Made by a program: the position numbers and the translations under genes. From the human T2T-CHM13v2.0 reference genome, Homo sapiens, in the NCBI RefSeq assembly GCF_009914755.1, contig NC_060947.1: 64,000 bases of DNA; one strand, 5' to 3'. Below, piece after piece: positions 1 to 14,113 of this stretch (within the stretch, counting starts at the first letter, position 1; each line of letters starts with the position of its first letter). Below the pieces are notes generated by a model that saw nothing but the letters and a program-made list of their open reading frames with translations, did no database searches and had not been told where the DNA came from.

Positions 1-66
1 CACCGCACTCCAGCCTGGAAGACGGAGTGAGACTCTGTCTCAAAAATAAACAAAAAACAAAAAAAG
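1..66 (+). mobile_element. Alu 3' end and A-tail, truncated by the window edge
   Basis: GCACTCCAGCCTGG..GAGTGAGACTCTGTCTC followed by an A-rich tail. Confidence 0.9.
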
Positions 67-71
67 AGAAA

Positions 72-186
72 CAGATAGATAAATGAGATAGATAGGCACA
101 CATAGATATAGATAAATGTAGAGAGATAAATACAGATGCAGAGATAAATGAAGATAGATATAGATACAGGTATATATATATATAGA

Positions 187-225
<39 letters not shown>
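72..225. repeat. Degenerate (GATA)n, (TA)n and (TG)n microsatellites
   Basis: Directly visible; pure TG run at about 190-225. Confidence 0.9.
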
Positions 226-226
<1 letters not shown>

Positions 227-3200
227 TTATAATGGTTCCACTCATCTAATTAAACCCTGACTGATTGACCCAACAATATTTATCTATCTATATTTATTTA
301 TCTATATCTATACATAGAATATATATAATATTCATAGATATATTGATTAAATATGTATAGATAAATATATATAATAACCAATTGTGTGTAGTAATGGAAT
401 CAGCTTAATAATCAAATGTATCCATTTTGTAAATAAGCTTTTTCTAATCTAAAAATCTCATGAATGTTTTATTACCCAAAACCTTCCCCATTTATTTATC
501 CAAACACTCTGTCATCAAAAGCTAATGCATGCCTAGTGTATACAACACTATCAGAGATATAATTATAGCTCTAATGAAGAAAACATGAACAATGCCCTCC
601 AAAATCATATTTATTCATGAAGAGGATCATGATTAGACAATTAAGAAATTAGCTATAAGAACTTTGGAAAGGCACATTTAAAGAAGCCTAATGGTTAGAT
701 AAATTGATTGCAACTGAGATCATTGAAAAACCTGAGCCTTTTACTGGACAATCAAAATAGAAACACTTAGGGAGAGAAGGCATAAAGGATATTCAAAGAG
801 TAATACTCTTTATTACAGTTTGATCATTAAATGCCAGGCATCACCATGTAATTTTTAATACATAGTTCATTCTTACACAAATACACTTCAGGATTCCCTA
901 TTTGAAGATGATATTACAAAGGAGTCACAGCTGGGAGATCGTGTGATTGACATGATTCATTTCCCAAGCTCCTGCCATCTATTCATCCAATAAATATTTA
1001 TGATTGCTTACTTTACATGTTACCATAATTTCCTGTTCCAAGAGAGTCCATCTGAGCATAGCCCAAAATGATGGAGATTAGGGTGTGGAGACTATGCAGC
1101 TAGGTAGATTTGGAACAAAACACAGAGGTGCCTAGATGTACTGCCTGCATGGATTGACTACCATTGATTCTCCAAGTCCTGCTGAGCTGCCTGGACTTCA
1201 TTCTTTATGTAAAGTAGAACAATTGATAGCTCCCTGTTAAGTGATCCTCTTCTAAGAGGGTCAGTTTTTGAATAATGAAGAGGATCCTTATTCAAAGGAT
1301 CGTTCTGAATAAACAACTATGTTGTTTTTCTTGCGAATTGTTTTCAGGGGAACTAGCAAATATCAAGTTTGATCTGAGAAGAATTGGAATGCCTACTATA
1401 ATAATAGGCATGGGCAGAATAAAAAATTAATTATACAAAGATGCAACCTTAGAAGTGACAGCAGGCAGAGTTGGATTTAATGGGAAATTCTACAAACCTG
1501 TCCAGAAAGAGGTTGTTGTCATGTTATTTAAAATAAATGTATCAGGACAGAGAGACATATGTGCAATATTTCAATTAGTGCAATGAGACTGGTATAAGCT
1601 GAAAAAGGACAGAGAATGATTCAACATTGTTAAGGAAAGAATGAGAGTAGAACACTGAGTTAGCACACAGACAGTTCTCTTACTATTTTATTTCCTCTAA
1701 GACAAAGAAAAACAAGATGGTACTGAGCATGAGAAATGAAACTGCAGAAGTTTCTGTGTTCTCATATTGGAGTCAAGAGAGTGTGTTTGTTTGCTCATGA
1801 GAAAAATACAGAGAGAAAGACTCATGGTGAAATAAGAACATGAAAGAAATCCATAACCAGGTAGAGATTTAAGTGTTTGATAAAAGTAGGCACATTTGAT
1901 CTATTAAAATATGAGTCAGGCAAAGTCAAAATACGGATAGTTCTTTCAGGTTGATGGATTAGAGATCAGCCCCTCTTCTGGTGGGTTTCATGTTCTCAGT
2001 GAAGTATAAGGCATTGTCTTCAGGGAGAGGGCTTGAATGTCCTCTAGTAAAAATATTTAAAGTAGAGAGAAAGACATCTGAAATACTTGTCTCCGAAGGA
2101 CATTGTTACCCTAAGAAGATGAATGGATAAAGCAAATGTGGTATACACAAACAGGACTAAAACCAGATACCACATGATTATCTCAATAAAGTCAGAAAAG
2201 GGTTTCAATAAAATCCAACATTCCTTCAGGTAAAAAACCCTCAACAAACTGGGCATCAAAGGTACATACCTCAAAATAATAAGAGCCATCTATGACAAAC
2301 CCATAGCCAACATCATACTAAATGGGCAAAAGCTGGAAACATTCCCCTTGAAAACCAGAAGAAAACAAGGATATCCTCTCTCACTACTCTTATTCAACAT
2401 AGTAATGAAAGTCCTGGCCAGAGCAATCAGGCAACAGAAAGAAATAAAAGGCATCCAAATAGGAAGATACTAAGCCAAATGATCTCTGCCGATGATATGA
2501 TTCTATACCTAGAAACCATGATAGACTCTGCCCAAAGGCTCCTAGACTGGATAAAGAACTTCATCAAAGTTTCAGTACAGAAAATCAGTATACAAACATA
2601 AATAGCATCCTATACATGAACAACATCCAAGCTGAGAGCCAAATCAAGAGCACAGTGCCATTCACAATAGCCACAGAAAGAATAAAATAACTAGGAATAC
2701 AGCTACCTAGGCAGGTGAAAGCTCTCTACAATGAGAATTAATAAACTCTGCTCAAAGAAATCAGAGATGACACAAACAAATGGACAAAACATTCCATGCT
2801 TGTCGATTGGAAGAATCAATATTGCCAAAATGGTCATACTACCCAAAGCAATTTACAGATTCAATGCTATTGCTATCAAACTATCAATGACATTCTTCAC
2901 AGAACAAGAAATAACTTTTAACATTCATACAGAACCAAAAAACAGCCCGAATAGTCAAAGCAATCCTAAGCAAAAAGAACAAAGATGGAGGCATCACATT
3001 ACCTGACTTCAAACTAAACTACACAACCACAGTAACTAAGAATGCTACTGGTACAAAACAGACACATAGCCCTATGGAACAGGTTAGAGAACCCAGAAAT
3101 AAAGCCGCACACCTACAACCATCTGATCTTCAGCAAAGCTGACAATAACGAGCAATGGGGAAAGAATTCCCTATTCAATAAATGGTGCTGGGATAACTGC

Positions 3201-3625
3201 CTAGCCATAGGCAGAAGGTTGAAATTGGACCCCTATCTTTCATTACATACAAAAATCAACTCAGGATGAATTAAAGACTGAAATGTAAAACCGAAAACAA
3301 TAAAGGCTGTAGAAAAAACAACCTAGGAAATACCTTTCTGGACTTTCTGCCCTAGCAAAGAATTCATGACGAAGACTCCAAAAGCAATGGAAACAAAAAC
3401 AAAAATTGACAAGTGGGACCCAATTAAACTAAAGAGCTTCTGCACAGCAAAAGAAACTATCAACAGAATAAGCAGAAAACCTACAGAATGAGATAAAATA
3501 TTTGCAAACTATACATCCAACAAAGGTCCAATATCCAGAACCTATTTGACTGGCTTAAGAAAAAAAAAAGGAACAAACAAATCAGCAAGCAAAAAGCAAA
3601 CAACTCCATTAAAAATGTGAAAGAG

Positions 3626-3952
3626 GGCCGGGCGCAGTGGCTCACACCTGTAATTTTAGCACTTTGGGAGGCCAAGGTGGGCAGATTGCCTTAGCATAGG
3701 AGTTTGAGACCAGCCTGGCAGCCTGGGCAACATGGTGAAACTCCATCACTACTAAAATACAAAAAATTAGCCAAGCGTGGTTGTGCACACCTGTAGTCCC
3801 TGCTACTCAAGAGGCTGAGGCAGGAGAATTGCTTGAACCTGGGACACAGAGGTTGTAATGAACCGAGATCACGCCACTGTACTCCAGCCTGGGCGACAGA
3901 GTGAGACTCTGTCTCAAAAACAAACAAACAAACAAACAACAACAACAAAAAA
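3626..3952 (+). mobile_element. AluS inserted in L1
   Basis: Full dimer with a (CAAA)n tail; L1 sequence resumes after it. Confidence 0.95.
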
Positions 3953-4123
3953 CTGTGCAAAGGACATGAACAGACACTTCCTAAAAGAAAAACATACACA
4001 TGGCCAACAAGCATGTGAAAAAATGCTCAGCATGACTAATCATTAGGGAAATGCAACTCAAAATCACAGTGAAAAACCATTTCACACCAGTCAGAATGGC
4101 TATGATTAAAAAATGAAAAAATA

Positions 4124-4430
<307 letters not shown>

Positions 4431-5156
4431 CAAAAAATAATAGATGCTGGTGAGGGTGCAGAGGAAAGGGAAGGCTCATACACCACTGGTGGGAATGTAA
4501 ACTAGTTCAGCCACTTTTGAAAGAAGTCAGGAGATTTCTCAACAAACTTAAATAGAACTACCATTCAACCCAGCAGACCCATTATTGGATATATATCCAA
4601 AGGAAAATTCATTACGCTACCGTAAAGATACATGCATATGTATGTTCATTACAGCACTATTTACAATAGCAAAGACATGGAATCAACCTAGATGCCCATC
4701 AACAGTGGATTGGATAAGGAAACTGTGGCACATACACACCATGGAAGAGTGTACAGCCATAGATGAGAATGAGATCACGTCCTTTGCAGCAACATGGATG
4801 AAGCTGGTAGCCGTTATCCTAAGCAAATTAATCCAGGATTAAAAAACCAAATACTGCATGTTCTCACTTATAAGTGGGAGCTAAACACTGAGTACACATG
4901 GACACAAAGAGAGGAACAATAGACACCAGGACCTACCTGAGGGTGGAGGGTGGGAGGAGGGTGAGGATTGATTGAAAAACTTCCTGTAGGGTCTTATGCT
5001 GATTACCTGCATGACAAAATTGTCTGTACACCAAACCCCCACGCCACACAATTTACCCATGGAACAAACCAGCACATATAACCCTTGAACCTAAAATAAA
5101 AGTTGGAAAGAAGTCAAAGAAAAAAAAAAAGAAAGAAAGAAAGAAAATGTGATATA

Positions 5157-5598
<442 letters not shown>

Positions 5599-5620
5599 GA
5601 AAGAAAGAACGAACGAACGA

Positions 5621-5667
<47 letters not shown>

Positions 5668-5772
5668 GAGGAAGGAAGGAAGGAAAGAGAGAGAGAGAAA
5701 GAAAGAAAGAAGAAAAGAAAAGAGAAAGAAAGAAAGAAAGAAGAAAAGAAAAGGAAAGGAAGAAAGAGAAAA
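5599..5772. repeat. Compound (GAAA)/(GAAC)/(GGAA)/(GA) microsatellite derived from the Alu tail
   Basis: Direct; it generates the spurious K/E/R-rich and F/L/S-rich ORFs. Confidence 0.95.
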
Positions 5773-6162
5773 TGGCATATTATATATATACAAAATGGAA
5801 TACTATTCAGCTATAAAAAAGAATGAAATCATATATTTTGCAGCAACATGCATAGAACTGGAGGTCATTATCTTAAGTGAAACAATGCAGAAACAGAAAC
5901 TCAAATACCACATATTCTCACTAATAAGAGGGAGCTAAATAATGTGCACACATGGACATAGAGAGTGGAATAATAGACATTGGAGGCTCAGAAGGGTGTG
6001 AGGGTGGGAGTAGAGAGATGGATGAGAAATCACTTAGTGGGTACCATGTACATTATTCTGGTGATGGTTACACTAGAGTGCAGACTGTGCCACTCTAAAA
6101 TATATCCATGTAGCAAAACTGCACTTGTACCCCTTATATTTATTCAAATATTTAAAAGAAAA
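5766..6162 (+). mobile_element. Older L1 (L1PB/L1MA-type) 3' end; its 5' stub lies at about 2115-2145
   Basis: GAAAATG..ATGGAATACTATTCAGCTATAAAAAAGAATGAAATC and an L1PB/MA-type 3'UTR. Confidence 0.8.
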
Positions 6163-6574
6163 ATATTAGCATTTATGGAGAGTGGGAAGCCATTGGATAA
6201 ACCTGTTTTTGCCTATAAAGTGAGATCACTCTTCATGATTATGTGTTTTGTATGTTATGTGTGCCTGTATTTTTGGCAATGTTGAAATATTCAAGTACAG
6301 TCAGAAATTGGTCAAATAACTGGTTTAACCAGATATATGGTTTATTCAGGCAACTAGGAGAGGAGAAGGGCAAAGAGAAAATCATGTGCTCAAAGGAGTA
6401 ATTTTAATGGAGGTCCTTGGATTTTAGGCTGAGTAAGAAGATAAACAGAAAGGACTTTTAAAAGAGAGAGAAACATTTGTAAAAATCAAGGAGAAGATGT
6501 ATTGCTAAAAGACCAGGAGAGAAGAAACAATGTTTAGGCTTTCTGTTTCATTTCTAAATATTTTAAAAAGTAAC

Positions 6575-7120
6575 TAAAAGAGCATAACTGATTGCTTGTA
6601 ACACAAAAGATCAGTGCTTGAGAGGATGAATACCCCATTCTCTACGATGTGATTTTTACACATTGCATATGTACATTAAAACATCTCATATACTCCATAA
6701 ATAGATACACCTACTGTATTAGTCCTTTTTCATACTGCTATGAAGAAATACCCGAGACTGGGTAATTTATAAAGAAAAAGACATTTAATGGAGTCACAGC
6801 TCCACATGGATGGGGAGTCCTCACAATCATGGTGGAAGGCGAAGGAGGAGCAAAGGCATGTCTTACATGGTGGCAGGAAAGAGAGCATGTGCAGGGGAAC
6901 TCCCCTTTATAAAACCATCAGATCTTGTGAGACTTATTCACTATCAGGAGAACAGCACAGGAAAGATGTGCCTCCACGATTCCATTACCTCTCACCAGGT
7001 CTCTCCCAGGACATGTGGAAATTATGGGAGCTAAATTCGAGATGAGATTCGGGTGAGGACACAGCCAAACCATATTGCCTACTATGTACCCACAAAAATA
7101 AAGAATAAAAATAAATAAAT
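6575..7120 (+). mobile_element. L1PB/L1MA 3'UTR fragment split by THE1
   Basis: GAGGATGAATACCCCATT...ACATCTCAT..CCATAAATA..CACCTACT|ATGTACCCACAAAAATAAA. Confidence 0.75.
6715..7077 (-). mobile_element. THE1 (C/D-like) MaLR solo LTR
   Basis: TGTATTAGTC...GACACAGCCAAACCATAT; 5-bp TSD CCTAC at 6710-6714 / 7078-7082. Confidence 0.93.
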
Positions 7121-7581
7121 TTGAGCTTCTCAGGAAAAAAAAGGCAGTTAACTTGCTTTTATAACTCCTGTAGTATGAATCACAATCACATTTAGGCTCC
7201 TATATTGACTCTGAAATATGGACACAGGACCTTAAATTTTCCCTTTCCCAAACCCTCATGAATTCATCCACAACCAATTTAATTGTCATTGCTGTTCTCT
7301 AGAAAATAGAAAAATGAAACCACTTCTAAAATAAACATTTTTTAAACAAAATATAACCTTTCTTAAAAAATCTGTAAATTATAAAAAATGTCTACTCTCT
7401 GAGCCTGTGTATTAAATGAATCAACATATGTTCCTTGCTCAGCCCCAAGGACAATAGCAAGCTCTATTGCGTTTGAGTTTCAAGATAAGCTGATGTGTGA
7501 TTTAGAAAACCATCAGACCAACTCCTTTTATTTTAATTTATTTTGAATTAGAGAAGCACGTGCATTTTTAAACTTGGCTAA

Positions 7582-7959
<378 letters not shown>

Positions 7960-8135
7960 TTCACTTCAAATTCTTTTACTTTACAGCAGCATACTTCTTT
8001 AAGTTGCATTTTTTTTTCCCGGAACCTGACAATGATTAAATTAAAAAACTGCTGTTTTGTTTGCTAGAATGAACATTTGGAAAGTGTCCTAAAATCATTA
8101 CTACTTTCATTAGCATCCTAATAAGATATGAAGAA

Positions 8136-8160
8136 ACACACATGCACACACACGTGCAGG

Positions 8161-8188
<28 letters not shown>
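8136..8188. repeat. (CA)n microsatellite
   Basis: Direct. Confidence 0.95.
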
Positions 8189-8191
<3 letters not shown>

Positions 8192-9325
8192 TCTAACAAG
8201 AAATGTTTTAGAAAAAATATTTGTATCATTTCTTTGATTAGATTTAATATAGCCACTTGAAAACGTGAAAGATCTTTTTTCTTTTTTTTAAATTTATAGA
8301 CTTTTGTATTTTCATGTCTAAATAAAAGAATCTTGGTTGCTTCAAAACGGCATATAATCCAAAATAATTTTACTGAATTCAGAAAGAAAACTATATTTGT
8401 AAAAATATAATAATCTCCAACCCTGTGAATTCATCACATTGAAAACACCATTCCACTAGCTTCAGACATCCAATTTTAATTTTGTGAAGAAAGCTGTTTA
8501 ATTGATTGCCACTTATTTTAATAAAATAATTAAAAGTGGTTTTACAATTTTATTATTTTTACTTTTTAAAAAAATTCTCCATGTTTAAACTTTCACTTAG
8601 ACTTGGATATTAATGCTTTGAAAGTTCATCTTTTTCCTCAAAGTTCAAGTTGTTTTTAGGAAAAAGTTTGGTTCAAATAACTTATGGGACCATGTTATCA
8701 AAAGCAAAACCTTATTACACTGAGATTTCTGTTCTGTCCGTTGAATAAGAGAAATGATTCTTTTCTGCATACGACTAAAACTAATTCTCAAATACGAGTT
8801 AGCTTTAAAATTGTATATTCCATTAATCACTTGATATGTTAAAATAGTTTGTTAATAACAGCATCTTGACAAAAGAGATGTATCCTGTAGCTGTTTAAAT
8901 ATATGAAGCGACATAAGCTGACTGCTTTCTTTAGGAAGCTTAAAATGAACTCTTTGATTAAACATGAGTGTCAGAGTTTGATATTTCATTTCAGTGAATA
9001 GTCATCATCTCTGTCATGAATGTTACATTTAGAGAAGAAAATTTTTAAGAAAAAATATAATCGTTTTCCTGTTCCACATTTTAAAATATTTTACTATGTC
9101 AAAGTGAAAAAGAAATATACATCTTATTTAGGTTTAACCAAAAAAAAGGATGAATCCAAATCACCACGGGACAAGGATTTTTTTTTTAATTTTGTGAAAT
9201 TGCTAAGTAATGAAAGAACATACTGGGAAGAAAAACTATCTGAGAGTAAAAAAATACATATAATATTTTATTGTATATTTCAGATATACACTGTATATTT
9301 TGCAAGTATATTTGAGATATGCCTA

Positions 9326-9705
<380 letters not shown>

Positions 9706-10039
9706 GTGACATTGATACTAATACTACTATCAATATTAATAAAGTTGTAGTTCAAAGAGCTCAGTGACTTCACAGGAGAGGAGTCTCCCAGTTTGATAAG
9801 CAACTGCTTTCTTCTTCTATTATGACTGCCGTTAAGATAATAATAATCTCCATGTGTCTGCATCCTCTGCTCGGAAGAATCATCTCATAGCTTCTGCTTG
9901 GCCAGCTCCTCCATTTCCTTTACATCTGCCCCAATTTCTCCTTGTTGTTTACATTGCAACTCTCTCTCCTTACCCAGGACTCTTCCATGACTTGTTCCTC
10001 CTGCCCGTTTCCTTAGCGTGTGTCCTCTTTAAATATACG

Positions 10040-10218
10040 GTCTATTCATTTCTTAGCATAATTGCTAGCATTCATCATCTGTCTCCAATGTCTAGAACAG
10101 CTATTTGAGGGGAGCAGGGATCTTGGTATCTTTTTTTTACTGGGGTTTCTGAGGCACCTAGAGCACTGTTCAATAAAGCAGTATTTATCATCAATAAATA
10201 ATCATTGAATTGATAAAT
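10040..10218 (+). mobile_element. L2 3' end remnant
   Basis: TGAGGGGAGCAGGGATCTTG...GCACCTAGAGCACTG...TCAATAAATA..TTGAATTGA resembles the L2 terminus. Confidence 0.6.
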
Positions 10219-11277
10219 TGTAAAATTGTCCAAGAATGCATTTGTGAGTAAAGTAGGACATAAAGAGTATTTCAATCCACTCTGCCAATGTTAAATTCAG
10301 TGAATTGGAGACATAAACATGTTGAATGGAATATTAGCCTAACTCTAGATATTTCTCATTTTGTTTCATCTGCAATACATTGTGTGTTAAAATGTGCTAA
10401 TTTTTGTATACTTTTCACCTCGTGGTTTATGTTATTTCAATTACTTGTTTAATAATAATGCATGTGGGATGTCCATTTGTATTGCTATATTAAATTTCAG
10501 TCCATTTATTTCATAAATAGATCAGTGGCCCCTGGTCTAAATAAATTGTGTCATGATTCCCTATGTACAAGAAGCATTGATCCAGTTTTCGGATATTTAG
10601 AGTGGTGTCCAACATCATGGAATTGGGGATAACTGAGTCTCGTGTTTTCTAATAAAATAGATATTTTGGTGTAAGCAGAAAAAACATATCTGAAGAGCAA
10701 AATTGATTACAATGCACTTAATACATTGATATATAGCATAGCATAACATGATTTTATATACAATAAACCTTATTTCTATCTTATTATTAGATTTGTTTTC
10801 AAATGTTTTAGCAATCCCCCAAATAAAATTTATACCTAGACTTTAAAAAAAAAATAAACTCTTCTATAACACTGTTTTCCAAGGAGGATTTATTTAGTAA
10901 ATCAAGAACTATATAAAAAGTGTCTAAGAAAACTCAGCAGTACTAAATAATTTAAGAACTGTAAAATCATTACTGCACCTCAGATACTTCTAGATAAATG
11001 TGTTGTGGGTTTTTACTCTTTAAAGTTATTTTTTTTATTTTATTTTTAGTGTTTCCATCCTTTGTGTGTCATCACAGATATTTACTCTGTAAGTTGAAAT
11101 ATATATGGTAGTGTACCACTTTTGTTTATCTAATAATTATATTCATACACACAATACACCAACATTCCATATCATATTTAGAATAGTAAAAATTAAACGG
11201 TAGCATTTTAAATAATGCTGCTTGGTGGTTCCTTGAGTGAAGACACCATGGTTTATTTAACAGCTTCTTTCTTAAAA

Positions 11278-11407
11278 TCCATGTATGCCTAGTGTTCCAT
11301 TATTAGAACACTAAGCATGTGGGAGTTGTGTATATCTTACTGCTCAAGGTCATCGCCAAGGTCTGATTGCAAAAATTCAAAAAATTGCAACCTCAGGCAG
11401 AAATGAG
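11278..11407 (-). mobile_element. MER85, non-autonomous piggyBac (PGBD3-derived) MITE
   Basis: Degenerate TIRs TCCATGTATGCCT / AGGCAGAAATGAG, TTAA at 11272 and 11408, internal CTGCTCAAGGTCATCGCCAAGGTCTGATTGCAAAAATTCAAAAAATTGCAACCTC. Confidence 0.9.
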
Positions 11408-11487
11408 TTAATAGACATTGACCTTGCTCTCAGGTTACTTTGCCCTCAGGCTCATGGTTGATTTTATAGTAATATATAATACTGTAA

Positions 11488-11664
11488 TCCCGAGTAGCTG
11501 GGATTACAGGCGTGGGCCACCATGCCCAGCTAATTTTGTATTTTTAGTAGAGACAGGGTTTCACCATGTTGGCCAGGCTGGTCTTGAATCCCTGACCTCA
11601 AGTGATCTGCCCGCTTCAGCCTCCCAAAGTGCTGAATTACAGGCATGAGCCACCACGCCTGGCG
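11488..11664 (-). mobile_element. AluS lacking its 3' half of the right arm and tail
   Basis: Begins mid right arm at TCCCGAGTAGCTGGG; left arm complete. Confidence 0.9.
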
Positions 11665-13089
11665 TTTTAGTTGCAATTTTATAAGGTTGTTAAAAGGATT
11701 TAAATAAATAATTCTTGTAAGGGCTAAGTGGATTACATAGCAGATTTTAAAGATTCAAAATATCAACTATAACATTATTATTATTATATTGCTAATCTTT
11801 AAACCGTGTACGTATACCTCAATTTCTTGATTATGGAGACCATACTTTTTAACTTGTTGCTATAACTATGTAGCCACTAACACATTCACTATTTTCACAG
11901 CTCCCTTTAATCCCCTCCCTCTGTTAGTATTTTTATATTGTTGGGAAAGATATCATTTATACTCTCTGTATATCTATAATTATTTTAATTCTCTTCATAA
12001 TTGAGTGAAAACATTCCGGTTTTCTTTCACACCCCATTCAACTCTCCCTGAATTGTTCAAAGCAGTTGAAAAATTTTACATTATATGTAATCTAAGGTAC
12101 TTTGAAAAATAGCATTCTTTTAGATAACGTTTGCTATAGGTCAGAGATCTGTCTAAATACCCAGTAAGCTTAAGATCCATGCTTTGCTATCTTATTACAT
12201 AAGGAGTTGTACAAGAAGATTTTTCGGTGGGCAAGGATTTGAGGAAGATACTAAAAAAATGTCCAGATGATTCTGTCAAGTAGATGTGTCTAGTCATCAT
12301 TAAACCAAAACCCCCATGCACTGTTTTGTAAAGTCCCTCCGCAGATAGCCAAAATGAAATTCTCTCTATTTTGGTTCTCCAAGTGGGGATTTTGGTGTTT
12401 GTACAGGTGCATATTCTGCAGCTATCCGAGAACCACAAGTTTTCAGTTAGCTGAGGATGAAATCTATTCAACTACCATTGAGCTGGGCTGTGAGAAATGT
12501 TTCTGCCCACAGAATGCTTTTTAATTTAGTGACCAATTAATAGGTGAAAATTCACTTATGTATGTTTCTTCCTTGGGTATGCATCCTTCTTAATGCAGTT
12601 AGGATTTAACCACCCAAGTCAATGATTATGTTATCATTTTATCTTCAAAACTTGTATCTTCCAAACTTGTTCTGTCACCCCTCATCCCTTTTCATCTGGG
12701 TATTTTTGCTTCTTATAAATGAAATTAATTTCCATTAAAGCAGTTCCCAAGAAGACACCCTCATAAGAAGAAACAAATTTTCCTCTATTTTTCTATTTTG
12801 TATTCATTTACATACAAAAAAGTATCTGGAATATAGTTAGGGAAATGCAGTAATTTGCATTTATACTTTTGCTTGATTGCTGAATTTTCAAATATTTATC
12901 TGTTCTATAAAATGTAGAGTGTTTCTATAGGCCTTGCAGGTCCTATACAGCAATGGAGTGGTGAGCTCATGCATTTTCTAGCTTATTTTCAGAAGAATAT
13001 GCTATGTCTGTTCATTCTTCCAGATTCTGGTGCCTTTGGATCTCTGGTAATACTCCATGACTTCATTGATATAAACATCTCTTATTTTT

Positions 13090-13570
13090 TTTGTCTTCTT
13101 CCTTCCTTCCCTCCTTCCTTCCTTTCTTTGTTCTTTCCTTCCTTCCTCCCCTCTTCCTCCCTCTCTCCCTCCTTTCCTTCCTCCCTTCCTTCCTCTCTTC
13201 CTCCCTTTTTTCCTTCCTTCTTCCTCTCTTCCTCTCTCCCTCTCTCCGTCTTTCTTTCCTTTCTTCCTCCTTCCCTCGCTCCCTTCTTTTCTTCTTCCCT
13301 CTCTTCCTCCTTCCTTCCTTCCTCCCTTTCTTCCTCTGTGTCCCTCCCTTCCTTTCTCCTTGTCTTCCTCCTTCTTCCCTTCCTTCCTCCTTTTCTCCCT
13401 CCCTCCCTTCCCTCCCTCCCTTCCGTCTTCCTTTCCTTACTTCTTTCCTCCTTTCTCTCTTTCCTTTATTTCTCCCTTCCTTCCTTCCTTCCTTCCTTCC
13501 TTCCTTCCTTCCTTTCTTGTCTCTCTGTGTGTCTCTCTATCTCTCTGTCTGTCATTTTATCCCCTCTCTC
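13090..13570. repeat. Polypyrimidine low-complexity tract (TTCC/CT), including (TTCC)9 at 13477-13512
   Basis: Direct; source of the 205 aa and 202 aa S/F/L/P ORFs. Confidence 0.95.
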
Positions 13571-13719
13571 AGTTTCCCAAGATTAAAATGCCACTGTGGA
13601 TTTTTTTTAAATGTCACTTTATATGTCTCCTCAAGGTTCTCTATTCCTTTGAATACTGGGAAGAATACCTGCCATAATTTCCATCCATTAGACCAATAGG
13701 GTTATGGTTCTCCCGGTGA

Positions 13720-14113
<394 letters not shown>

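Noticed and set aside
12969-13699. 205 aa and 202 aa ORFs, and similar ORFs at 23280, 29294, 35146 and 56799
   Set aside because: Translations of stop-free R/Y low-complexity tracts (S/F/L/P or K/E/R/G only); no coding signal
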